A DNA stretch of 64,000 nt from a virus, in the IMG/VR virus record IMGVR_UViG_3300044609_000595, positions 46,320 through 110,319 of that record; one strand, 5' to 3'. The notes under the pieces are model-generated. The model ran no database searches. It was not told the DNA's origin and was given only the letters and a program-made list of their open reading frames with translations. Shown piece after piece: positions 1-8,820 of this stretch. Each line of letters opens with the position of its first letter. The first letter of the stretch is position 1. The position numbers were made by a program, and so were the translations under genes.

Positions 1-345
1 AAGGGGGATAAATCGGATGGTATTCCAAATTTTCTTTCGGATGATGATACTTTTGTAACTGAAAAAAGACAAAAACCAATCAGTCAAAAGAAACTTAATA
101 TTTGGGTTGACCAAGATCCGTCTATGTTCTGTAAAACTAAATCAGAAATAGATAACTATCATCGCAATAGAACATTAATTGATTTAGATTATATTCCAGA
201 AGAGTTAGAACAAAAAATTCTAGATGAATTTGATGGTCTAAATAGCAATGTTAAACAAGTACCATTAGATTATTTTCGTAAAAATCAATTGAATGATTTA
301 ATGGAAAATTTTTATTTTCGTAGTTCGTCACCATTTAAAAAATGA
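1..345 (+). CDS. rnh: T4-like RNase H / 5'-3' exonuclease, 3' part (runs off the window start)
   Basis: Frame 1 is open from base 1: KGDKSDGIPNFLSDDDTFV...RQKPI...YHRNRTLIDLDYIPEE, the GDxSDxIP H3TH motif and C-terminal RNxxLIDL of T4-type RNase H. Confidence 0.9.
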   Translation, partial: KGDKSDGIPNFLSDDDTFVTEKRQKPISQKKLNIWVDQDPSMFCKTKSEIDNYHRNRTLIDLDYIPEELEQKILDEFDGLNSNVKQVPLDYFRKNQLNDLMENFYFRSSSPFKK

Positions 346-773
346 AACTGTTAATTTCAGAAGTGCTCCAAAAAGTGAGCAACGCAAAAACTAAAGCTGA
401 AAAAATTAAAATTCTTCAGCAACATAATACGAATGCTCTTCGTGCTATTCTAATTGCAAACTATGATGAAAGTGTAGTTTCTATGCTGCCTGAAGGTGAA
501 GTTCCTTTTACTCCAAACGATGCTCCTAAAGGTACAGAGCATACTGTATTAGAACAAGAATACCGTAAGCTATATCTTTTCTTTAAGGGTGGTTCTAGTA
601 TTAATCAAACCACTCGTGAGAATCTATTCATTCAAATGCTTGAAGGTCTGCAGGAAGAAGAAGCAGAGCTACTTGTTCTTGTGAAAGATAAAGGTCTCCA
701 GAAAAAATATAAACTCACTAAAGCTTGTGTAGAGGAAGCTTTCCCACAAATTCAGTGGGGAGGAAGGGCTTAA
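342..773 (+). CDS. Conserved T4-like cyanophage hypothetical protein
   Basis: 143-aa ORF with ATGA overlap to rnh; LLISEVLQKV...LPEGEVPF pattern typical of the gene following rnh in cyanomyoviruses. Confidence 0.8.
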   Translation: MKLLISEVLQKVSNAKTKAEKIKILQQHNTNALRAILIANYDESVVSMLPEGEVPFTPNDAPKGTEHTVLEQEYRKLYLFFKGGSSINQTTRENLFIQMLEGLQEEEAELLVLVKDKGLQKKYKLTKACVEEAFPQIQWGGRA

Positions 774-1027
774 TGCGGATTCTTCATCAAAATTGTGATC
801 CTGAATTAGCAAAAGATAGAGGTTTACCTTACACTGCTTATCTTGTAGAGTATGAAATTGATGGAGCGATTGCATACGATATAGTTATCCCAGAAAAACA
901 ATTAGAAATTTTTGATTTTTATTGGGATAGATATAGAGAAGGTCTTAAAGGTTGGAAACAATCCGAAGGCAGAGTCAATCCAAAACTTTGGGGAAATAAA
1001 CCTAAGGAAGAAAAGAAGAGGCGCTAA
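773..1027 (+). CDS. Conserved cyanophage hypothetical protein
   Basis: ATG overlaps the upstream TAA (TAATG); MRILHQNCDPELAKDRGLPYTAYLVEY...GRVNPKLWG. Confidence 0.75.
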   Translation: MRILHQNCDPELAKDRGLPYTAYLVEYEIDGAIAYDIVIPEKQLEIFDFYWDRYREGLKGWKQSEGRVNPKLWGNKPKEEKKRR

Positions 1028-1275
1028 TGGAAAGTAGTACTAAGAATACATTTTGTATTCAATATTGGAAAGTATTGGAACCAAAAGATGTAAGAGTCCT
1101 GAAAAGGATTACTAAAAATGGTAAACCAATATCCACAAAAAAATATTCTGAAGTATTCTTTTATAGTAATTTAAAAGATGCTATCCCAGATGCCAGACAT
1201 TTAATGGAAAATGGGTATGATATTAAAATCAGAAAATGTTGCCTAGGCACTAACGATAATTTTTGGCTGATGTAA
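1027..1275 (+). CDS. Hypothetical protein
   Basis: 82-aa ORF tightly packed between its neighbours (TAATG overlap). Confidence 0.65.
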   Translation: MESSTKNTFCIQYWKVLEPKDVRVLKRITKNGKPISTKKYSEVFFYSNLKDAIPDARHLMENGYDIKIRKCCLGTNDNFWLM

Positions 1276-1602
1276 ATGGGAAAGCATTACTTATTAAACT
1301 TATACGGATGCTCGTTGTCTTTACTTGACAACGAGTTTTTTCTCTGTGATCTACTAGAGAACGCTGCTGAAGCATGTGGCGCTCATGTATTACAAACAAT
1401 GTCACATCAATTTAAACCGCAGGGTGTAACAGCAATTTGTTTGTTATCTGAAAGTCATATTAGTATTCATACGTGGCCAGAGAAAGGGGAAGCAGCAGTC
1501 GATGTATTTACTTGCGGTGAATCAGAACCAAAGATTGCTTGTGACATTATCATTGAACAACTCAAAGCAATGGATTATACCTTAGAATATATTGATCGAT
1601 AG
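1276..1602 (+). CDS. speD: S-adenosylmethionine decarboxylase proenzyme (auxiliary metabolic gene)
   Basis: GKHYLLNLYGC, HQFKPQGVT, LLSESHISIHTWPE (pyruvoyl cleavage site ES/H), DVFTCG. Confidence 0.93.
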   Translation: MGKHYLLNLYGCSLSLLDNEFFLCDLLENAAEACGAHVLQTMSHQFKPQGVTAICLLSESHISIHTWPEKGEAAVDVFTCGESEPKIACDIIIEQLKAMDYTLEYIDR

Positions 1603-1608
1603 CTACAT

Positions 1609-1642
1609 GGGGGTTGACACCCCCCTTTTTTTGTGTTATGAT
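1609..1642 (+). promoter_or_regulatory. Sigma70-type early promoter overlapping an intrinsic-terminator-like hairpin
   Basis: TTGACA 1614-1619, 17-nt spacer, TATGAT 1637-1642; the -35 box lies in the loop of a G-run/C-run hairpin followed by a T run. Confidence 0.8.
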
Positions 1643-1665
1643 ATGGACAAATCTGCTGAGATTCT

Positions 1666-1968
1666 ATGGCATCTTTAAAGCGGGCTACTAAAATGCTTAC
1701 TAAAGCATTAGATAACCCAGTATACACACATGATCAACACGTTGAAATTCTCAAGCGTCGTCATGAAATTAAGAAACTACGTCAAAACCTACAAAACTAT
1801 GAGCGAGCAACCCGTGGATTTGGATACAACATCGACCCAACTATCTTTGAACAATCAGTCAGTGAAGTTAGTGACAGTGACTCCGAAAGCGGAGGAAGCG
1901 ATGGCGTATATTGCGAGGGTGAGCAACCCGAACAACCAGGAGAACCCGAAGATTTCGGGGCTGCTTAA
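1666..1968 (+). CDS. Hypothetical protein with an acidic tail overprinting the thyX 5' end
   Basis: 100-aa ORF immediately downstream of the promoter; basic N-terminus ...RGFG then an acidic tail read in another frame over thyX. Confidence 0.6.
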   Translation: MASLKRATKMLTKALDNPVYTHDQHVEILKRRHEIKKLRQNLQNYERATRGFGYNIDPTIFEQSVSEVSDSDSESGGSDGVYCEGEQPEQPGEPEDFGAA

Positions 1969-2491
1969 GTATTGTATTGAACATGGTCACTGGAGTGTCT
2001 TTGAACAGGCACACATGACCCTAGAGATTAATACTACTCGTGGTCTGGCAGCTCAAATTTTGCGCCACCGTTCGTTCACATATCAGGAATTTTCACAACG
2101 ATATGCTGACACTAATCTTCTGACTGAAGAGATTCCTTTGCCAGAACTTCGTCGTCAAGATACCAAGAATCGTCAGAACTCTATTGATGATCTTGATCCT
2201 GAACTTGTGATTGCTTTCCAGCGACGAATGAAAATGTTGTTTGCTGAAGCCCAAGAACTATATGATGATATGCTTGGTGCTGGTGTTGCTAAAGAGTGTG
2301 CTAGATTTGTACTGCCACTCGCTGTTCCCACAAGAATTTACATGACAGGATCTGTAAGGTCGTGGGTACACTACATAGAATTACGCTCAGCAAATGGTAC
2401 TCAAAAAGAGCACATGGAAATTGCTGAGATGTGTAAAGAAATTTTCTCTACACAATTCCCGACTGTCGCCCAAGCTTTGGAGTGGAACTGA
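1799..2491 (+). CDS. thyX: Flavin-dependent thymidylate synthase ThyX (start uncertain: ATG 1799 or GTG 1862)
   Basis: AYIARVSNP, GHWSVFE, QILRHRSFTYQEFSQRY (ThyX motif), AKECARFVLP, TQKEH. Confidence 0.95.
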   Translation: MSEQPVDLDTTSTQLSLNNQSVKLVTVTPKAEEAMAYIARVSNPNNQENPKISGLLKYCIEHGHWSVFEQAHMTLEINTTRGLAAQILRHRSFTYQEFSQRYADTNLLTEEIPLPELRRQDTKNRQNSIDDLDPELVIAFQRRMKMLFAEAQELYDDMLGAGVAKECARFVLPLAVPTRIYMTGSVRSWVHYIELRSANGTQKEHMEIAEMCKEIFSTQFPTVAQALEWN

Positions 2492-2733
2492 TGCCTACTT
2501 ACCCCGTAATTCATAAAGAAACTGGAGAAACCCAGGAACTCTACCTGTCAATGAAAGAGTATGACCAATGGAAAAAAGACAATCCCGATTGGGATAAAGA
2601 CTGGTCTAAAGGTTGTGCTGGAGTAGGTGAAGTTGGAGACTGGAAAGATAAGATGAATAAAACTCACCCTGGCTGGGCTGATATTATGAAGAACAAGGTA
2701 GCGAAAGCTCCTGGTTCCCGTGTCAACTGGTAA
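2491..2733 (+). CDS. Conserved cyanophage hypothetical protein upstream of phoH
   Basis: MPTYPVIHKETGE...WKKDNPDWDKDWS; TGATG overlap with thyX. Confidence 0.75.
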   Translation: MPTYPVIHKETGETQELYLSMKEYDQWKKDNPDWDKDWSKGCAGVGEVGDWKDKMNKTHPGWADIMKNKVAKAPGSRVNW

Positions 2734-2750
2734 TTTTACAATAAACAATT

Positions 2751-3503
2751 ATGCCACGAGCAAGAAAAAGAAACACCCCCGACATTGCTGGTATGAGCAC
2801 CAAGCAAATGAAAAGGAAGAAGCCAATTAGTTCTGATTATCTTCTGAATATTGAACCGCTTACAGATAATCAGCGTATTATGTTTGAGGAGTATGGGCGA
2901 GGTCAAAACATCTTTGCCTATGGTGCTGCTGGAACTGGTAAAACATTCTTAGCTTTGTTCCTCGCTCTTCGTGATGTTCTAGATGAAAACACCCCATACG
3001 AAAAAGTATATGTGGTACGTTCTCTAGTCGCCACCAGAGAAATTGGCTTCCTTCCTGGTACACATGAAGACAAAGCATCACTTTATCAAATTCCATATAA
3101 GAATATGGTAAAGTATATGTTTGAAATGCCGAATGATGGAGCATTTGATATGCTTTATGAAAATTTAAAAGCACAGGAAACTGTCAGCTTTTGGTCTACT
3201 TCATTCCTTCGTGGTACTACACTTGATAAAGCTATTGTTATTGTAGATGAATGCCAAAACTTAAACTTCCACGAACTTGATTCTATCATCACTCGTGTTG
3301 GTGAAGATACTAAGATTATGTTCTGTGGTGATGCTAGTCAGTCTGACCTTCAGCGTAGCAATGAACGTTCGGGTATCATTGATTTCCAACGTATTCTTCA
3401 ACAGATGAAAGAGTTCTCGTTAGTAGAATATGGTGTTGATGATATTGTTCGATCTGGTCTTATCAAATCATATCTAATTGCAAAAATTAATCTAGGTCTC
3501 TAA
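2751..3503 (+). CDS. phoH: PhoH-like ATPase
   Basis: Walker A GAAGTGKT, REIGFLPG, SFLRGTT, IVDECQN, TRVGE..KIMFCGD..QSDL, DIVRSGL. Confidence 0.95.
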   Translation: MPRARKRNTPDIAGMSTKQMKRKKPISSDYLLNIEPLTDNQRIMFEEYGRGQNIFAYGAAGTGKTFLALFLALRDVLDENTPYEKVYVVRSLVATREIGFLPGTHEDKASLYQIPYKNMVKYMFEMPNDGAFDMLYENLKAQETVSFWSTSFLRGTTLDKAIVIVDECQNLNFHELDSIITRVGEDTKIMFCGDASQSDLQRSNERSGIIDFQRILQQMKEFSLVEYGVDDIVRSGLIKSYLIAKINLGL

Positions 3504-4195
3504 TGAAAATTTTTAATCATGTTGGTCTGATTGACCCAATCGAAATGAATACGGTGACTATTGATGGTAAGAGATACTATGTAACTCCCACCAACAAAAA
3601 ACATAAATCAGTTACCACTGTGATTAGTAATAACCCAGCAAAGAAAAAATCTTTGATGGAATGGAGAAAGCGGGTCGGTGAAGATAAGGCAAACCGAATC
3701 TCCACACGATCCGCTACCAGAGGCACACGGTATCATAAACTTACTGAGAATTATATTAACAATGAACATGATGATACTTTATATCAAGATGTTCCTTTGG
3801 TTTGGTTGATGTTCAATTCCTCACGTAAAATTCTTGATAACATAAATAACGTGTATCTACAAGAGGCCGCTTTATATTCTGATTATCTAAGAATCGCTGG
3901 ACGAGTTGATTGCATAGCAGAATATAATGGTAAACTTTCTATCATTGATTTCAAAACATCCGCTGAGGAAAAGAAAGAAGCATACCTTTATGATTATTAC
4001 GTTCAAGAAACAGCATACGCTTGTATGCTGCAAGAACTATATGGTCTGAAAGTTGAACAACTTGTTACAATCGTTGCTTGTGAAACTGGCGACGTTCAAG
4101 TTAGTATCGTGCCTCCTAAAAAAGAATACTTTGTTAAATTACAACAGTACATTAGGGAGTACGAAGAAACATATGAAAGAAACATTGGAGGATAA
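3503..4195 (+). CDS. PD-(D/E)XK exonuclease (Cas4/lambda-exo-like, T4-like cyanophage core)
   Basis: SVTTVI, RGTRYH, IAGRVDCIAEY, IIDFKTS, Y.VQETAY motifs; syntenic after phoH. Confidence 0.85.
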   Translation: MKIFNHVGLIDPIEMNTVTIDGKRYYVTPTNKKHKSVTTVISNNPAKKKSLMEWRKRVGEDKANRISTRSATRGTRYHKLTENYINNEHDDTLYQDVPLVWLMFNSSRKILDNINNVYLQEAALYSDYLRIAGRVDCIAEYNGKLSIIDFKTSAEEKKEAYLYDYYVQETAYACMLQELYGLKVEQLVTIVACETGDVQVSIVPPKKEYFVKLQQYIREYEETYERNIGG

Positions 4196-4418
4196 ATTTA
4201 TGACAGCTGCGAGATTTTCGCAGGATGTGGAGAAGATAGCTCACGAAAACTCAATGAATTATATTGATGCTATTGTCCACTACTGCGAAACAAATGAAAT
4301 TGAAATTGAATCAGTTCCCAAACTGATCTCTAAACCACTAAAAGAAAAACTGAAGTATGATGCTCAGAAGCTAAACTTCATGAAGAAAACATCTAGAGCA
4401 AAACTTATGCTTGTCTAA
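4173..4418 (+). CDS. gp33: Late transcription coactivator gp33
   Basis: FSQDVE...NYIDAIVHYCE.NEIEIE.VPKLISKPLKEKLKYDA..LNF. Confidence 0.88.
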   Translation: MKETLEDKFMTAARFSQDVEKIAHENSMNYIDAIVHYCETNEIEIESVPKLISKPLKEKLKYDAQKLNFMKKTSRAKLMLV

Positions 4419-4420
4419 TC

Positions 4421-4762
4421 ATGTCCGACTTTTTTAAATCAGAATTAGTGAGGGGAGACATCCAAGAAATGGCAGAACTACAAAGGTTCTGCTTTCAATC
4501 TATGGTTGCCTTCCCTGTTCTTTCTTCAGAAAAGAAGATGGAATACTTTCAAATTATGGAAACACTTATAGAAAAACAAAAGATTTTCTATACTAGATTG
4601 TGTTTAAGTGACGACCCAGAAGCCGTTGAAATGGCTGAAAATATGAAGCAAGCTGCAGTAATGATGGGTGCCACACCAGATGATAACATGAATGTTATGT
4701 TCGATGATCTGCTGGTGAAGGTAAGCAAAATGAAAGAGCAGCTAGAGGCTCAGGGGGGTTGA
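4421..4762 (+). CDS. DUF1825-like conserved cyanophage protein
   Basis: MSDFFKSELV...LIEKQKIFYTRLCLSDDPEA..M; usual position before gp32. Confidence 0.75.
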   Translation: MSDFFKSELVRGDIQEMAELQRFCFQSMVAFPVLSSEKKMEYFQIMETLIEKQKIFYTRLCLSDDPEAVEMAENMKQAAVMMGATPDDNMNVMFDDLLVKVSKMKEQLEAQGG

Positions 4763-4787
4763 CGCAGCCCTGAGCCCGTGTTATGAT
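4747..4787 (+). promoter_or_regulatory. Sigma70-type promoter for gp32 inside a hairpin
   Basis: TTGACG 4759-4764, 17 nt, TATGAT 4782-4787; GGCTCAGGG/CCCTGAGCC inverted repeat encloses the -35 box. Confidence 0.75.
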
Positions 4788-4842
4788 GATTAGGTGATCC
4801 AGCGTCACACAAGCCAAATCCAATTATCCAAGGAATATCCGT

Positions 4843-5724
4843 ATGTCATTTGCAGATCTTAAGCGCAAGTCTCAGAGCAGCTTTGAGTTTCTCCAGAAGG
4901 AACTTGAAAAGTCCAGCACCCAATCAGGTGCCGACGATAGGCTCTGGAAGCCCGAACTTGACGCTTCTGGTAACGGTTATGCTGTAATCCGTTTCCTGCC
5001 CGCTCCCGAAGGAGAGAGCGTACCCTGGGCAAAGATTTATAACCACGCATTTAAAGGTCCTGGTGGCTGGCTGATTGATAATTGTCCCACCACTAATGGT
5101 GACAAGTGCCCAGTCTGTGCTGCCAATACCAAGCTTTGGAATAGTGGTATTGAATCTGATAAAGAAGTTGCTCGTCAACGTAAGCGTAAGCTTTCTTATT
5201 ACAGCAACATCTATGTTGTCAACGATCCCAAGAATCCTGACAACAATGGAAAGGTAATGCTTTTCAAGTATGGCAAAAAGATTCACGATAAGATTCTTGC
5301 TGCTATGCAACCTGAGTTCCAAGATGAAACTCCTATCAACGTGTTTGATCTCTGGGAAGGTGCTAACTTTAAGATCAAGATCCGTACCATTGGTGGTTAT
5401 TGGAACTATGATGCTTCTGAGTTTGCTTCTCCCGCAGCTCTTAGTTCTGACGATGATGAGCTGGAACTGATTTGGAAGCAAGAGCATTCTCTGGAAGCAT
5501 TTACTTCTACTGATGAGTTTAAATCTTACGAGGAACTGGAAACTCGTATGTCTTCTGTACTTGGCACTGCTCCTGCAACCCGTCAGGCTCAGTATGATGA
5601 AGATGAAGAACCGACTCCTGTAGCTACAGCAACTGTGGCTCGTGATGTTGATCTTCCTTCTTTCAAGTCTGAAGATGATGATGATGCTCTCAGTTACTTT
5701 GCCCGACTGGCAGAGGAAGACTGA
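4843..5724 (+). CDS. gp32: Single-stranded DNA-binding protein gp32
   Basis: DDRLWKPELD.SGNGYAVIRFLPAP, HAFKGPGGW.IDNCPTT...CPVC, FKYGKKI, NYD.SEF, acidic tail DDDALSYFARLAEE. Confidence 0.96.
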   Translation: MSFADLKRKSQSSFEFLQKELEKSSTQSGADDRLWKPELDASGNGYAVIRFLPAPEGESVPWAKIYNHAFKGPGGWLIDNCPTTNGDKCPVCAANTKLWNSGIESDKEVARQRKRKLSYYSNIYVVNDPKNPDNNGKVMLFKYGKKIHDKILAAMQPEFQDETPINVFDLWEGANFKIKIRTIGGYWNYDASEFASPAALSSDDDELELIWKQEHSLEAFTSTDEFKSYEELETRMSSVLGTAPATRQAQYDEDEEPTPVATATVARDVDLPSFKSEDDDDALSYFARLAEED

Positions 5725-5731
5725 TAAAACT

Positions 5732-5758
5732 AAAGGGGGTCGTAAGACCCCCTTTTTT
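5732..5758. terminator. Bidirectional intrinsic terminator between convergent gp32 and gp53
   Basis: AAA-GGGGGTC-GTAA-GACCCCC-TTTTTT. Confidence 0.9.
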
Positions 5759-6407
5759 ATACTCCAGTTTTTTTCAAGTCATTTGATATGTAATCAGATG
5801 ACTTACTATACAGATTAGTTTTTTTGAAATCAGCAATGAATGGTTCTATGTACTGTGGTTTCAGTAAATAAATTTCTCTCTTCTTTTCATTTTCATTTGA
5901 TTCATATTCAAATACAGTAACTGGATATGATATTTCACTACCAAGAACTTCTGCAACACCATTACCATTCCAGTATTTAAATGTTGATTCATGGAATGTT
6001 TCATCAACAATCAGACCACTCTTTAATACAATAGTTCCTTGACTATTCTTTACTTCTGTTGTTTCATAATGATGAATCTCTCCATATGGATTTTCGTAAT
6101 TTGATTCGATGTGTTTTCTTAAATCATATTCTGACAGAGGCATATCAAATAAAGGATTAATCATATTATTTGTTAATACAATTACCCAGTCCATGAAAGG
6201 ATCATTGTACATTTTTTCAGCAATGCTATCTAATCTTTCTCCATTTTTTACAGCATACTTTTTAAAGTATACAGAGTAAGAGAATACATCTGGATTAATT
6301 TGGTATCTTCTAAAGAAATTTTTTGCTCGTACAAAATCAGATTCCGAAAAAGGATAACGGATTGGTTTCGTATCGTATTCAATATCTGGTATGTTTCTGA
6401 AGTACAT
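5757..6407 (-). CDS. gp53: Baseplate wedge subunit gp53
   Basis: MYFRNIPDIEY, KNFFRR, GERLDSIAEKMY.DP..DWVIVLTN, IHHYET, YE..ENEKKR.I.LLKP. Confidence 0.88.
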   Translation of the reverse strand: MYFRNIPDIEYDTKPIRYPFSESDFVRAKNFFRRYQINPDVFSYSVYFKKYAVKNGERLDSIAEKMYNDPFMDWVIVLTNNMINPLFDMPLSEYDLRKHIESNYENPYGEIHHYETTEVKNSQGTIVLKSGLIVDETFHESTFKYWNGNGVAEVLGSEISYPVTVFEYESNENEKKREIYLLKPQYIEPFIADFKKTNLYSKSSDYISNDLKKTGV

Positions 6408-6408
6408 G

Positions 6409-7488
6409 TTAGTAACTATTGCCCTCTAGATTTACGTCGTTTGCAAATAGCAGTTTGGTTTCTTTAAAACTTACTGTCAATTGTGTTGATACTGGAGATC
6501 CACCTTGGTATGTAGCATAAGCACCATCAGGTGTATAGTTAACATCAACACCAGCAATAGCACATAACTTATACATTGGTAGATACTCGTGTATTTTTCC
6601 AGCTCTCATATAAGTTACTTGACACAACTTAGGAACTGTCAATAGAGCTACGGATTCTCCGCCAAATGATTGACCACCCAATTCAGGTAGCATTGCTTTT
6701 TTAAATGTGTTACAGATTGTTTTGATATTGATTGCTTCTCCTGCAGATTTGGGTGTCATTTTAAATGTCAATCCAAACGTCCTTAGATCAGCTCCTTGGT
6801 ATAGCATTTCAGTATTGGGATTTAAAATTGTTCCTGATACAGAACCCATAAATTGATCCAAACCAATGTTGGAACCAGTCATGCTATTGATTCCTTTCAG
6901 TGCAAGATCATAGAATTTAGATTTTGTCATCCCCTCTAATGCATCAATAGCAACTTCTGGCTCTGGTAATTTTCCACCAAGACCTCTCATCATTCCTACT
7001 GCTGCAGTACCAAAGTCTGCTCCACCCCATCTAGCACCATACTGAGATTGAATATCCTCTGGCATGTAAAGTACAATTGATGCAAAACCAGATGCTTTTT
7101 TTGCCTTCTCACTTGAACCAGATGCGTTATAAAAATTGTATGCATTAGATGCACTAAATTCATCGAGACCTCCCTGACCTTTACCTTTGCCGAAGGGAGG
7201 ATTATAATCAAAGAACTCAAACACTACATAATCAGTTTCTGATGCAGTTATATTACTAGGGTATCTTAAACTGCCAGTAGAAGTATTGTTTATTGATGGT
7301 TTTAATCTAATGGTGCCATCTGTTTTTGAATCAGCAGCAAATTCTGATAATGATGTAGTAGATTCTGCGTTTGCTCTGGCTGCAGCTTCAGTTACAGGAA
7401 TAATAGGTCTGCCCTCAGTATCTCGTACTCCAGTTGTACCTGGGGTTGTTGTTGGTAAACCAAATTCTCCTGGTGTGTAATCTGACAT
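6409..7488 (-). CDS. gp48: Baseplate tail-tube cap gp48
   Basis: LRYP, IVLYMPE, ILNPNTEMLYQG..LRTF..TFKMTPKS..EA..I..I...FK, VNYTPDG.Y, ET.LL. Confidence 0.85.
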   Translation of the reverse strand: MSDYTPGEFGLPTTTPGTTGVRDTEGRPIIPVTEAAARANAESTTSLSEFAADSKTDGTIRLKPSINNTSTGSLRYPSNITASETDYVVFEFFDYNPPFGKGKGQGGLDEFSASNAYNFYNASGSSEKAKKASGFASIVLYMPEDIQSQYGARWGGADFGTAAVGMMRGLGGKLPEPEVAIDALEGMTKSKFYDLALKGINSMTGSNIGLDQFMGSVSGTILNPNTEMLYQGADLRTFGLTFKMTPKSAGEAINIKTICNTFKKAMLPELGGQSFGGESVALLTVPKLCQVTYMRAGKIHEYLPMYKLCAIAGVDVNYTPDGAYATYQGGSPVSTQLTVSFKETKLLFANDVNLEGNSY

Positions 7489-8351
7489 TACTTGATTCTC
7501 TCTATATCTTTCCTGTTGGTTCCTTTAACGATTCTTGTGCCTTTGATACGATCATTCCAGTATTGATTTGTTTCTTCCCAAACATATTCTTTTGGGTATT
7601 CAATTTTACCACCGCCTTTCATCAACACAAAATCTTCTACAGGAAGAGCAGAAGCAGTCACCCATTCTTGTTTTGCTAAATCTAAGAACAAACTTTTACA
7701 TCTTTTATAAAGATATTTATGAATGATTACCTTAGGAATGTCAATCATTCCCTTTTCTAGTTTATCAATAACTATTAATCTTTTCTTTGGTGCTAGATAA
7801 TGTAAATTGGCACCCCAAAATTCTCCTCCAGATACTTTCATCACATATAATAAAGGATACTTATCATAGTATGGAAGGTCTGGTGTCTCTGCTTTGTATT
7901 CAAAAAAGCATAGGTGTCCAGGAAATATTACACGACGATTTACATTTTGATCTTGATTAACTAACGCTCCAATCGAATCAAATTTCTCTTGCTCATTCAT
8001 GCGAGAGGGTTCTGTTTTGATTGAAGCACTTAAAGACTTTAGAGTTGTTTTATACCACGTTAAGCTTTTACTTTCTCCCTCAGTTTTATCTTTAATCTTT
8101 TCGAATATTGTTTGACTTGTTTGTTGTTTGCCTGCTTGGATAAACCCCTCGGTTTTACTAACAGCATCGGCTAACTCATTCATATCTTTGTATGAAGAGT
8201 AACGTTTTATGCCATACTTAGAAGCAAGAGCACGTATTTGATCACGAGTGTAATTACTTAAGGATGGTAACTCATGACCGCTCAAATAAGACCATCTATC
8301 AATAGCATCTTTAGCATATGATTTTGGTTTTAAATTATTCTTAGCTGCCAT
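7488..8351 (-). CDS. gp2: DNA end protector gp2 with N-terminal extension
   Basis: F.Y.A....LPYYDKYPL, FWGANLHYL, IHKYL, W..AS.LPVEDF; synteny gp4-gp2-gp48-gp53. Confidence 0.82.
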   Translation of the reverse strand: MAAKNNLKPKSYAKDAIDRWSYLSGHELPSLSNYTRDQIRALASKYGIKRYSSYKDMNELADAVSKTEGFIQAGKQQTSQTIFEKIKDKTEGESKSLTWYKTTLKSLSASIKTEPSRMNEQEKFDSIGALVNQDQNVNRRVIFPGHLCFFEYKAETPDLPYYDKYPLLYVMKVSGGEFWGANLHYLAPKKRLIVIDKLEKGMIDIPKVIIHKYLYKRCKSLFLDLAKQEWVTASALPVEDFVLMKGGGKIEYPKEYVWEETNQYWNDRIKGTRIVKGTNRKDIERIK

Positions 8352-8352
8352 G

Positions 8353-8790
8353 TTATACTCCTAGATGATCTTCTGTGAGGATTAAAAACTTCATCTGCCT
8401 ATCTTCACAGAAGTCTTCTGCTGCTGCCCACTTGGCACGATTCTTCATGTAGGTTAGGACTTCTCTTTTCCAAGCAGCAGTTTTTCTTTTTGGTTTTTCA
8501 ACTGGACCAGCAACTTGTTTCTTTGGTTTAACTTCTATCAAATACTTATTAATATTTCCTTCTTTACTTTTAACTTTGATGTAGAAGTCTGGAAAGTATC
8601 TATGAACTCTACCATCAGTAGGACAACGATAGGGAATAATTACTTCTTCACTTCCCCACTCTACAATACTATCGTTGCCATCACAAAACACCATAAATTT
8701 CCGCTCCCACATAGAACGGTAGATAATTCTCGTAGGGTTTCCTCTATATTTTTTTGGGTTCTTTGGTTTGTAAATACCAGAATACGCCAT
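8353..8790 (-). CDS. gp4: Head completion nuclease gp4
   Basis: AYSG.YKPKNP.KY.GNP..IIYRS.WE.KFM..CD, WGSEE..IPY, HRYFPDF, IEVKP, N.AKW.AA. Confidence 0.93.
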   Translation of the reverse strand: MAYSGIYKPKNPKKYRGNPTRIIYRSMWERKFMVFCDGNDSIVEWGSEEVIIPYRCPTDGRVHRYFPDFYIKVKSKEGNINKYLIEVKPKKQVAGPVEKPKRKTAAWKREVLTYMKNRAKWAAAEDFCEDRQMKFLILTEDHLGV

Positions 8791-8819
8791 AAATACATAT
8801 ACCCTCCATGTATATTTAG
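8788..8819. promoter_or_regulatory. Divergent T4-type late promoters
   Basis: CATAAATA on + (8788-8795) toward the gp54-like gene and CTAAATA on - (TATTTAG 8813-8819) toward gp4. Confidence 0.6.
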
Positions 8820-8820
8820 A

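Noticed and set aside
8515-8820. N-terminal 102 codons of the 336-aa ORF in the track
   Set aside because: Antisense to gp4; the real start is GTG 8821 after the late promoter
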